Shown here piece by piece: positions 56,030 to 64,000 of a stretch of DNA of 64,000 nt (the first letter of the stretch is position 1; each line of letters begins with the position of its first letter). The position numbers and the translations under genes are program-made. The DNA is from an uncultured Verrucomicrobiae bacterium (GTDB taxonomy: Bacteria > Verrucomicrobiota > Verrucomicrobiia > Limisphaerales > Palsa-1400). The stretch spans positions 2,784,001 through 2,848,000 of the forward strand of contig CAVXRD010000002.1 in assembly GCA_963764165.1 (NCBI GenBank), in the 5' to 3' direction. A model generated the notes under the pieces. It searched no databases. It worked only from the letters and a program-made list of their open reading frames with translations, and was not told the origin of the DNA.

Positions 56030-57106
56030 ATGGCCGAAAAACTATCGAATAGCGATTTGAGAGTGTGCCTTGAAGCATTGCCCGGATTGTACGGGCACTG
56101 TTCGACCGCCGATTATCCAAACCGGCTGCTGCCGCTCTTGCATCGGCTTGTTCCGTGCGAACACATCAGCTACAACGACTTCGATGAGCGCCGGCAGTGC
56201 TACATCATCCGGTCTTACCCTGAACGGCCGGAAATTCAGCCTTTGGTAGGTCAACTGGCGCATTTTCTTCCGACTCATCCGCTATTTGAGCATTACTCCA
56301 AGTTCAACCAGTCGCCGCTTCGAATATCCGACGTCACCTCAGACCGTCAGTTCCAGGAGACGGCGGTCTACCGGGAATACTTTCAAGCTCTCCGCGTCAA
56401 GCGCCAGATGATCGCCATGGTGGGACGGCACGAGCAGGCTCGAATCGCCCTGACTTTTAATCGCGGGCATAGGGATTTTTCGGGGCGCGACTGTGCGGTG
56501 CTGTCTTTCCTCTCTCCGCACATCGCGCAAGCCTATCGAAACGCACTCGCTTTCGAGACAATTGCAGTGGATATGGAGGACATCGGCGCGGGATTAACAT
56601 CCATCAACCGCGCCGTCATTTTGGCGCAGCGGGATGGCAAAATTCGCTGGATGAGCCCATTGGCGGGCGACTGGCTGAAAGAGCTTTTCCCGGAAAACGA
56701 TCTGTCCGCTGGAGGCCTCCCCGCCATCTTGACGCGATGGTTGAACTTGGGCGCAGAAACGAAGAATTCCGTGAGGGAGGGTTTATCCGAAATGCATTTG
56801 CCCTCAAAGGACGGCGGAAAATTCGTCCTCCATTGCGGCGAGACTGCCAAGGGCGAACTCGCCATCGGACTCGTCCGGGAGCACGGCAGGATCAAGCGCG
56901 CGGTCGAGCAAAGGTACGACCTCACCTCGCGCGAAGGCGAAATTCTCCATTGGCTGTCCGAATCCAAGACGTATCCGGAAACGGCGATGATTCTTAATAT
57001 CAGTGTTCGCACCGTTGAAAAGCATGTTGAACATATTCTCCAAAAGCTTGGCGTGGAAAATCGCTTGGCTGCGCAACGTCTTGCCTGGGAACTGCGGAGA
57101 GTGTGA
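56030..57106 (+). CDS. LuxR-type HTH regulator with N-terminal GAF-like sensory region
   Basis: C-terminal LTSREGEILHWLSESKTYPETAMILNISVRTVEKHVEHILQKLGVENR. Confidence 0.9.
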   Translation: MAEKLSNSDLRVCLEALPGLYGHCSTADYPNRLLPLLHRLVPCEHISYNDFDERRQCYIIRSYPERPEIQPLVGQLAHFLPTHPLFEHYSKFNQSPLRISDVTSDRQFQETAVYREYFQALRVKRQMIAMVGRHEQARIALTFNRGHRDFSGRDCAVLSFLSPHIAQAYRNALAFETIAVDMEDIGAGLTSINRAVILAQRDGKIRWMSPLAGDWLKELFPENDLSAGGLPAILTRWLNLGAETKNSVREGLSEMHLPSKDGGKFVLHCGETAKGELAIGLVREHGRIKRAVEQRYDLTSREGEILHWLSESKTYPETAMILNISVRTVEKHVEHILQKLGVENRLAAQRLAWELRRV

Positions 57107-57110
57107 TCCG

Positions 57111-57314
57111 GTGATCGCTCTCACTCCGCCAAGCTTGGCGGGGTGAGAGAAGGAGAGGGACAACTCATTAAAGCTCTGAGAGGCCAGGCGCATTGAGGGC
57201 CGGTGGATTTCAGTCGTTTCCTAACCGCCCCTCTCCCTAACCCTCTCCCCGCTGCGCGGGGCGAGGGAATCCACGATTCGTCGGCAAGGGATTGCCAAAA
57301 AGTGAGATGCACCC
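57111..57314. mobile_element. Truncated second copy of the 47939 MITE
   Basis: Highly similar to 47997-48203; ends TGAGATGCACCC; left TIR missing. Confidence 0.85.
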
Positions 57315-57447
57315 ATTTGTCTGTAATCCTTCTCTGCGCGAGAGTTCTCTTCCCTTTGAGGATCACGGATGGCTGGCTTCAACGCCTTTTCCGCTTCGTG
57401 GCCTTGCGCCCTCGACACTCGCCCCTCTCACGACTATTGTCCCGGGC

Positions 57448-59283
57448 ATGAAACGGACTTTCTGTTGCCACTTCGTTTTTTTTATCGCGTTGGTTCTGAT
57501 GTCCATGACGGGGATCGACGTCTGGGCGCAAACTCCAACTCCGACGCCTTATGAACAGGACTGCGCCAAAATTGCCTCCTCCACAGGAAATGACGCGGAG
57601 CACCTTCACCAACTTTTCAAAATCCAGTGGGATTACGATCTGCACGAAAGTCCAGAATCAGCCACCGAAGTGGGCGCGCCCGGATTGGATGACCGCTGGT
57701 CGGACGAATCCCTGGAAGCCATCGCGCGCCGAAAACGGGAACTTCAGGCTCCATTGAAAGCCTTGGCGGCGGTTGACCGCGCCCATCTCAGCGCTTCCGA
57801 TCAGTTGAATTACGATCTCTTCAAACGGAACTGCGAGCAGGCGGTTGAGGGAACGCGCTTTAAGAGCGAATGCCTGGCCATCAGTCAGATGGACGGCTTG
57901 CAAAATATCGTGCCGATGACTTTGGAAATCTCACCCCGCAACAATGTGCGAGCCTATGAGAATATCATCGCCCGGCTCAATGCCATTCCGGCGCTGGTGG
58001 ATCAGAACATCGTTCTTCTGCAACAGGGCATGGCGGCAGGCATCACGCCGCCGCGCATCACCTTGCGCGATGTCCCCGACCAGGTCAAAAGCCAGATGGT
58101 AGACGATTTGGAAAAAAACGCCGTCGTCAAGCCCTTCACTGAATTCCCGCCGCAAATCGCCGAGAGCGACCGCGTCCGTTTGCGCCAGGAAGCGGCGAAG
58201 GCGTTGCATGAGAAAGTTGTTCCTGCGTTCACCAAACTTTACGAGTTCATCACGAAGACCTACCTGCCCGCCGCGCGAGAAAGTGTCGGCATGGGCGAGC
58301 TGCCCGACGGCCCGGCTTGGTATGCCTATAAAGCCCGCGTGGAGACCACCACCGACTTGACCCCGTCCCAAATTCACGAAATCGGGCTGGCGGAAGTGAA
58401 GCGCATTCGCGGCGAAATGGACGCGTTGATCGCGCAGACCGGCTTCAAAGGGAGCCTCACCGAATTCGCCAAATACATCAGCTCCGATCCGCGCTTTTTC
58501 TACACCAATAAGGACGACTTGCTCAACGCCTACCGGGTGCAGGCCAAGCTGGTCGATCCGGAATTGTCGCGCGTGATCGGCAAACTGCCGCGCTTGCAAT
58601 ATGGTGTCATGGCGATCCCATCCTACTCCGAGAAATCGCAGACCTCCGCCTACTACCAGCCGGGTTCGCCCGAGGCGGGGCGGCCGGGTTATTTCAACGT
58701 CAACACCTACGCCCTGAACATGCGGCCCAAGTGGGAGATGGAGGTGCTTGCCTTTCACGAATCCGTGCCGGGGCATCATCTGCAAATCTCTCTCGCCCAG
58801 GAAATGGAGGACATGCCCGAATTCCGCAAGAACGCCAGTTACACTGCGTTTGTGGAAGGGTGGGCTCTTTACAGCGAGGCACTGGGTGGCGAGTTGGGAT
58901 TTTACAAGGACCCTTACTCCAAGTTTGGCCAGTTGAACTTTGAAATCTGGCGCGCCATCCGGCTCGTGGTGGACACCGGCCTGCATTCCATGCATTGGAC
59001 GCGGCAGCAAGCCATTGATTATTTCCGGGAAAACTCCGCCAAAACCGATCAGGACATCATTGTAGAAGTGGACCGTTATATCGCGTGGCCCGGGCAGGCC
59101 CTGGCCTACAAAATCGGCCAGCTGAAAATCAAGGAGCTCCGCGCCTACGCCACCCAGGAGCTGGGCGGGAAATTCGACATCCGCGAATTCCACGACCGCG
59201 TCCTGGACGGCGGCGCCATCCCTTTGGACGTGCTGGACCACCGGATCAAAACCTGGGTCGCGGAAAAAAAAGCGCGAAATTAA
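57448..59283 (+). CDS. DUF885 family secreted protein
   Basis: Signal peptide; HESVPGHHLQ, FVEGWALYSE, RLVVDTGLH, PGQALAYKIG. Confidence 0.92.
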   Translation: MKRTFCCHFVFFIALVLMSMTGIDVWAQTPTPTPYEQDCAKIASSTGNDAEHLHQLFKIQWDYDLHESPESATEVGAPGLDDRWSDESLEAIARRKRELQAPLKALAAVDRAHLSASDQLNYDLFKRNCEQAVEGTRFKSECLAISQMDGLQNIVPMTLEISPRNNVRAYENIIARLNAIPALVDQNIVLLQQGMAAGITPPRITLRDVPDQVKSQMVDDLEKNAVVKPFTEFPPQIAESDRVRLRQEAAKALHEKVVPAFTKLYEFITKTYLPAARESVGMGELPDGPAWYAYKARVETTTDLTPSQIHEIGLAEVKRIRGEMDALIAQTGFKGSLTEFAKYISSDPRFFYTNKDDLLNAYRVQAKLVDPELSRVIGKLPRLQYGVMAIPSYSEKSQTSAYYQPGSPEAGRPGYFNVNTYALNMRPKWEMEVLAFHESVPGHHLQISLAQEMEDMPEFRKNASYTAFVEGWALYSEALGGELGFYKDPYSKFGQLNFEIWRAIRLVVDTGLHSMHWTRQQAIDYFRENSAKTDQDIIVEVDRYIAWPGQALAYKIGQLKIKELRAYATQELGGKFDIREFHDRVLDGGAIPLDVLDHRIKTWVAEKKARN

Positions 59284-59361
59284 CGTGTCCCGCCTTGGCG
59301 AGACTCCCTCATCGAGCCACAACACAGCAGCGACCGGCTCATGCACCGCGGGACGAGGGAA

Positions 59362-61059
59362 TCAGTCACATGCGCTCGGGGATTTGATCGCCATGAAATC
59401 AGATGCTCCCGGCAATTCCGCATTCCCGAAAATTTCTTTGACGCTCTCCGCAAGCGCGCCGATGATTTTCCGCGCCTGCTCAGGCGTGGTGCAATACGGC
59501 GGCATGATGACAACCACATTTCCAACCGGACGGGTCAGAACACCGCGCTTCGCCATCGCATCGCAAACGCGGATGCCCGCGCGCTCGCGCAGGTCGAAGG
59601 GCTGGCGCGTCTTCCAATTTTTGACAAGCTCCACGCCTGCGACCAATCCCACTTGGCGGATGTCGCCCACGTTTGGCAGCACCCACAAGGCTTGCAACGC
59701 TTCGCCCAATGCCTTCTCCAATTTCTGCCGCGCTTGAAGGGATGCCGCAGACTCCAAAATTTTCAGGCTCGCCAGCGAGGCGGCGCAGCCGAGCTGGTTG
59801 GCGGTGAAGCTGTGGCCGTGGAAGAATGTCTTGTATTCGTCGTAGCGGCCGAGGAAGACGTCAAAGATAGGTTGGGTGGCGAACGTGGCGGCCATGGGCA
59901 TGTAACCGCCGGTCATTCCCTTGGCCACCGCCATCAAATCCGGCGAGACGGATTCTTTTTGACAGGCAAATATCGGGCCGGTGCGGCCAAAGCCCGTCAT
60001 CACTTCATCGGCGATCAAAAGCGCGCCGTGGCTGCGGGCGATTTTAGCGGCGTTCGCCAGCCAGCCTTCCGGCTGCGCGATAATTCCGGCGGCGCCTTGC
60101 ACCAGCGGCTCGATTACAAAACCGGCGTATGGATTTCCTTTTTTCTTTTGCGCGGCGAACTTTTTCTCCAGCGCGCCGGCGCATTCCCAACTGCAATCGC
60201 GATAGAAGCGCGCGTCGGCCCGTTGCGGCTTGGCGCGATTGAACGGGCAGCGGTAGCAATACGGTGACGCGACCGTGTCCGATTTGAAAAGCAACCCGCC
60301 CGGAACTTTGTGAAACAAGTCGATGTGCCCAAGGCTCATCGCGCCAATCGTGTCGCCGTGATACGCGGATTGCAGCGAGAGGAATTTCGGTTTCTGGCTG
60401 CGGCCAGTGCGCAAGGTGTATTGCCACGCCATTTTCAAAGCAGCTTCCATCGCGGTTGAGCCATCGTCGGAAAAGAAGACCCATTTGAGTTTGTTGGATT
60501 TTGCGTAACCGGCCAGTTTTGCCAGCTTCGCCGCCAGCACCGGCGCGGGTTCGTTGGCAAAACCGAGCGCGGACGAATGTGCAATTTTGCCGAGCTGTTT
60601 CGTGATCGCGGCATTGATGGCGGGATGCCCGTGTCCGTGGAGATTGGTCCAGATCGAGGAATTGGCATCCAGATATTCGCGGCCTTTGGTGTCGCGCAGC
60701 GTCGCGCCGCGACCGGACTCGATGATAATTGGATCGCGTTTGCGCCAGTCGCGCATCTGCGTGAAAGGATGCCACACAAACTGGCGGTCTAGGTACTGTG
60801 AGAAAGAAGTTTCGATACATGCGCGGCAATGGATTTTTGGGCCAGACGAGGCGCGAGCGACGCGCATATCCTTTATGGATTTGCAAGGAGCGAGTAACGA
60901 AGTCTGGCCCAAAAAGACGTGCCGCCCGGATGGTTGCGCCGATTTTGGCTTGGGGCCGCGCTGCTCCTCGCTCACAGACCCATGAAGGGTATGGTCGCTC
61001 CTCGCGCCTTGCCCCAAGCCAAAATCGGCGCAACGCATGTGTCGAAATTTCTTTTTCAC
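59362..61059 (-). CDS. bioA: Adenosylmethionine-8-amino-7-oxononanoate aminotransferase; N-terminus encoded by an inserted element, start uncertain
   Basis: LDRQFVWHPFTQM, SIWTNLHGH, SDDGSTAME.ALKMA, YHGDT, EPLVQGAAG, DEVMTGFGRTG, KGMTGGY, HGHSFTAN. Confidence 0.9.
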   Translation of the reverse strand: MKKKFRHMRCADFGLGQGARSDHTLHGSVSEEQRGPKPKSAQPSGRHVFLGQTSLLAPCKSIKDMRVARASSGPKIHCRACIETSFSQYLDRQFVWHPFTQMRDWRKRDPIIIESGRGATLRDTKGREYLDANSSIWTNLHGHGHPAINAAITKQLGKIAHSSALGFANEPAPVLAAKLAKLAGYAKSNKLKWVFFSDDGSTAMEAALKMAWQYTLRTGRSQKPKFLSLQSAYHGDTIGAMSLGHIDLFHKVPGGLLFKSDTVASPYCYRCPFNRAKPQRADARFYRDCSWECAGALEKKFAAQKKKGNPYAGFVIEPLVQGAAGIIAQPEGWLANAAKIARSHGALLIADEVMTGFGRTGPIFACQKESVSPDLMAVAKGMTGGYMPMAATFATQPIFDVFLGRYDEYKTFFHGHSFTANQLGCAASLASLKILESAASLQARQKLEKALGEALQALWVLPNVGDIRQVGLVAGVELVKNWKTRQPFDLRERAGIRVCDAMAKRGVLTRPVGNVVVIMPPYCTTPEQARKIIGALAESVKEIFGNAELPGASDFMAIKSPSACD

Positions 61060-61064
61060 AGCAC
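60793..61064. mobile_element. Structured MITE, copy B, inserted at the bioA 5' end
   Basis: TIR GTACTGTGAGAAAGAAGTTTCGATACATGCG / CGCATGTGTCGAAATTTCTTTTTCACAGCAC; CTAG at 60789-60792; two internal hairpins. Confidence 0.85.
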
Positions 61065-61068
61065 TGAC

Positions 61069-62283
61069 TCAGGGAGCGTCGGCAAATGAATTGCGGGTCA
61101 GAAGTTTGAGCGAGCCAAGCGCCTCAATCAACAGGTCGATTTCCGCCTGCGTGTGCGCGGCGGTCAAGGTGAGGCGCAGGCGGGCCTGCCCGTGCGCCAC
61201 GGTGGGAAATCGCACGGCGGGAATGTAAATTCCCTTCGCCACCAGCGCGGCGGAAATCTCCATCGCCTTCAATTCGTCGCCAATCATGACCGGAATGATC
61301 GCGCCGCCCGGGCCTTCGCGGTGTTTCGCAACCGCCGCAATGTTTGACAGCAATTGGCGGCGGCGCTCCTGTCCGCCTTCGCTCGCAATGATGCGCACAC
61401 CGGCGGTCGCGGCAGCGGCCGCGGCGGGAACGGGAGCGGTGGAAAAAATAAATGGCCGGGCGCGATTGATCAGAAGATCGATCAACGCGCGCGATCCGCA
61501 AATGTAACCGCCCGAGGAGCCAATAGCCTTTCCGAGCGTGCCCATATGAATTTCTATTCGACTGGCGACATCGCATTCTTCCGCCCAGCCGCGGCGTGTT
61601 TTGCCGTAAATTCCCGTCGCATGCGCTTCGTCCACCATCAGCCACGCGCCGAATTTTTCCTTCAAGCGCACGAGTTCCGCCAGCGGCGCTGTGTCGCCAT
61701 CCATGGAGAAAACGCTTTCGGTGACAATGAGCGTGCGGGGCTTGCGTTTGCCTTCGGCGAAGGTGGGATTGACGTGGCGGCGCTCGGCCCAGCGCAAAAT
61801 TTTCGCGAGGTCATCTGTGTTATTGTGGCCGAACACGCGCAACTTCGCGCCCGAGAGCCGCGCCGCATCCACGATGCACGCATGCACCAGCTTGTCGACC
61901 GCGATGACGTCGTTGCTGTCAATCAAAGCGCAAATGGCGCCTGCCGCCGCAGCGTAGCCGGAGGTGAACGTCAGCGCCGCCTCGGCCCCCTTGAAAGCCG
62001 CGAGTTCCTCCTCGAGGATATGGTGCGGCGCCATCGAGCCGCAAATCAGGCGCGATGCCCCGGCGCCGGAGCCGAATTTGCGCAGCGCTTCCGTCGCCGC
62101 CTCTTTCAAAGCGGGATCGTTGGCCAGTCCCAAATAATCGTTGGAGGAAAAATTAAGAAACGGTTTGCCGTCCAATTCAATCCGCGGCCCTTGCGGCGAA
62201 TCGATGCGGCGCAACGTGCGGTAAAGCCCCTGCTGCCGAATTTCCCTCAATCGAGAAGACAATTCTTCATCGAATGCGTTCAT
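61069..62283 (-). CDS. bioF: 8-amino-7-oxononanoate synthase
   Basis: NFSSNDYLGLA, GSGAGASRLICG, TESVFSMDGD, VDEAHA, GTLGKAIG, FIFSTA. Confidence 0.95.
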   Translation of the reverse strand: MNAFDEELSSRLREIRQQGLYRTLRRIDSPQGPRIELDGKPFLNFSSNDYLGLANDPALKEAATEALRKFGSGAGASRLICGSMAPHHILEEELAAFKGAEAALTFTSGYAAAAGAICALIDSNDVIAVDKLVHACIVDAARLSGAKLRVFGHNNTDDLAKILRWAERRHVNPTFAEGKRKPRTLIVTESVFSMDGDTAPLAELVRLKEKFGAWLMVDEAHATGIYGKTRRGWAEECDVASRIEIHMGTLGKAIGSSGGYICGSRALIDLLINRARPFIFSTAPVPAAAAAATAGVRIIASEGGQERRRQLLSNIAAVAKHREGPGGAIIPVMIGDELKAMEISAALVAKGIYIPAVRFPTVAHGQARLRLTLTAAHTQAEIDLLIEALGSLKLLTRNSFADAP

Positions 62284-62460
62284 GCAGAAGTCTTCGCATA
62301 ACCCGCCGCGATTGGCGAGAGGATTTGCGGAAGATGACGGAGGCATCACAACTTGCAGCACTGCCGGGATGCAGCCAACCGCGCGTATTGGAGTGGTTTA
62401 TTGGCAGCCTTGCTCTACCAAATTTATCCGACATTTTAACTGACATTATCCGACATCGGT

Positions 62461-64000
62461 TCATTTGTCCGATGGCGCAAATACCATCCACGTTCGATTG
62501 TGCGCAGGAATTTTCACTTTCACATCGACTGAGTAGTCGCGGGCGGGTTTTAACTTTTCGGCACTTCCATCATCGCGGGTTACTCTAGCTTCGTTGGTTA
62601 AGCCGGTATAGTAGAGAGGAATTCGGATTTCGCGTTCGATGGGTTCGCTCAAAGGATTGTAGAACATGGCGAGACCACGTTCGGGCAGGCTCGGATTCAC
62701 ATGCAGCCAGCCGTCCCAATCGCGCCCATCTGGACGGCGCAGGTGGATGATGTCGCTATCAAGAATGGCGCGGTGCTCTTTGTAGAAGGATGTCCATTTC
62801 TTAACTACTGCCTCCGTTTTCTCGCTGTCAAACAAGCGCGGGCCGCGGTAGCACGCCTGCACGCCGCCGCCGAAGAGATTGGCCAGGCGTGTTTCGTAAT
62901 GCTCCAAATGATCCTGCAGCGGCTCGATGGTCGCCGCCTCGCCGCCGCCCTGGTATTCGGTCAGGGGAACAAACATCCAGCCCATGCTGGGCGTTTTCTC
63001 CCAAGTGCCGTCAAATACATTTTGGCGCTCGATGATTTCCTGCTGCTCGCGCGGGAGCGACCAATCCGCCTCGCGGTATCCCATGCCGACCTTGCTCGAC
63101 CCGGCCATGAAATACCAGTCCGGCACGTTCAGATAAATGCCGCGCGCCCGGCACCATTGATAAAAGTCGCTGATGATCTTCCATTGCTTCCATTGCGAAT
63201 CCGCCAAGCCCGTGTGCCCGGGATGATTCGTGGAGGCGCAAACATCGCCAGGGTAGGAGCCGTCGTTTTCGAGAACGAGGCACCCTGTCTTCAAGTAGAA
63301 TTGCCGGAGCTTGCGAAAATAATTCTCGCCCCAGACGCTGCCGAGGCATGGCGAATCCCCAAACCGCGCGCCGCCGGGCTTCCCCGTTTTCGGATTGATC
63401 GCATCGTTGTCTTTGTCAATGGAACGGCTGGCCAGCAGCGAATATCCGCCGAGCGCGATTCCTTTGCTCCTGCCGTAATCGGCCAGCGATTTCACTTCCG
63501 CCAAATATTTCGGGTCTTCGTTTTCAATATCGAATCCGCTGCCGAACGTCATGATCACCATTTCAAAACCCACCTCCGCGCATTGATCGATGGCGAGTCT
63601 TACAGCATCCGGCTTGGCGCTGCGGACGTGCATAAGAATGGGATTTTCCTGCGACCACGGCGCTAGCGCGCGATAAGCCCGCCGGACTTCCAATCCTCGC
63701 CGTTCGCGCTCAGTGGTGTCGTAGGCAATTTCGAAAATACGGAAAGACTCGAACGTGGCGCCCGGGCCGATCTTTACGGCCGGCCCGATGGGAGGCGAGC
63801 ACTCCAGCAGGCATGGAGTTTCCAAATTGTAATTCACCTGCGTCCCATAAGACGCGTCCGTTTTCCAGTGAACGGCCGGAGCGTCCGCGCTCGCGCTCAT
63901 CGCCCCGCCGAATGCGTAATCGCTAAACGCATCGAACGCGCGATAGCTCGAACGAAATCCGTTCGACGAGCCGTCCACAATCGACTCTGATTCCACGAAC
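62461..64000 (-). CDS. Alpha-galactosidase-like glycoside hydrolase (GH36-like), 5' end outside the window
   Basis: ENPILMH, IDQCAEVGFEMVIMTFGSG, ENDGSYPGD, MGYRE..WSLPR, MGWMFVPL; frame open to the window edge. Confidence 0.7.
   Translation of the reverse strand, partial: FVESESIVDGSSNGFRSSYRAFDAFSDYAFGGAMSASADAPAVHWKTDASYGTQVNYNLETPCLLECSPPIGPAVKIGPGATFESFRIFEIAYDTTERERRGLEVRRAYRALAPWSQENPILMHVRSAKPDAVRLAIDQCAEVGFEMVIMTFGSGFDIENEDPKYLAEVKSLADYGRSKGIALGGYSLLASRSIDKDNDAINPKTGKPGGARFGDSPCLGSVWGENYFRKLRQFYLKTGCLVLENDGSYPGDVCASTNHPGHTGLADSQWKQWKIISDFYQWCRARGIYLNVPDWYFMAGSSKVGMGYREADWSLPREQQEIIERQNVFDGTWEKTPSMGWMFVPLTEYQGGGEAATIEPLQDHLEHYETRLANLFGGGVQACYRGPRLFDSEKTEAVVKKWTSFYKEHRAILDSDIIHLRRPDGRDWDGWLHVNPSLPERGLAMFYNPLSEPIEREIRIPLYYTGLTNEARVTRDDGSAEKLKPARDYSVDVKVKIPAHNRTWMVFAPSDK

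Noticed and set aside
17..63666. Many long antisense or alternate-frame ORFs (e.g. 17-1501 -, 11491-12786 -, 23019-24215 +, 27567-28955 +, 43225-45240 +, 57931-59346 -, 62701-63666 +)
   Set aside because: They shadow well-supported genes, lack motifs, and are expected in GC-rich DNA
1..64000. CRISPR array, integron array, prophage, full-length transposase or integrase, rRNA
   Set aside because: No regularly spaced repeat-spacer array and no such genes were seen; repeats are dispersed inverted pairs

Overview
GC-rich bacterial chromosome segment, most likely Verrucomicrobiota (Pedosphaera-like). The taxon is inferred from the DUF1501 + PSD1/planctomycete-cytochrome pair and from secreted proteins ending in an F-Y/F-R-V/L motif; I could not run a search to confirm it. 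The core is a complex I operon (nuoB-N, no nuoA) interrupted by an antisense tRNA-Gln gene between nuoE and nuoF and by two translationally coupled Uma2 nuclease paralogues between nuoF and nuoG. Other genes: a folate/thiamine cluster (HAD-Nudix fusion, folB, Nudix, thiD), tricorn protease, two DUF885 proteins, yajQ, mutY, AraC, Ser/Thr kinase, GntR(YtrA)-ABC system, threonine synthase, a linalool-dehydratase-like protein, galM, araB, bioF/bioA and a partial GH36-like gene. An AT-richer accessory stretch (about 51.3-57.3 kb) encodes a secreted MACPF-like pore-former with DUF11-like and C-terminal sorting-like domains, divergent from a LuxR-type regulator. Intergenic DNA holds several REP families and MITEs. 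These include a structured element family with co-varying stems, one copy of which has replaced the bioA 5' end. The strongest leads are the MACPF-like protein, the HAD-Nudix-folB candidate for the missing folate phosphatase step, the structured MITE family, the interrupted nuo operon, a relic mutY 5' end and an apparent ATC start for thiD. All calls come from reading motifs by eye.
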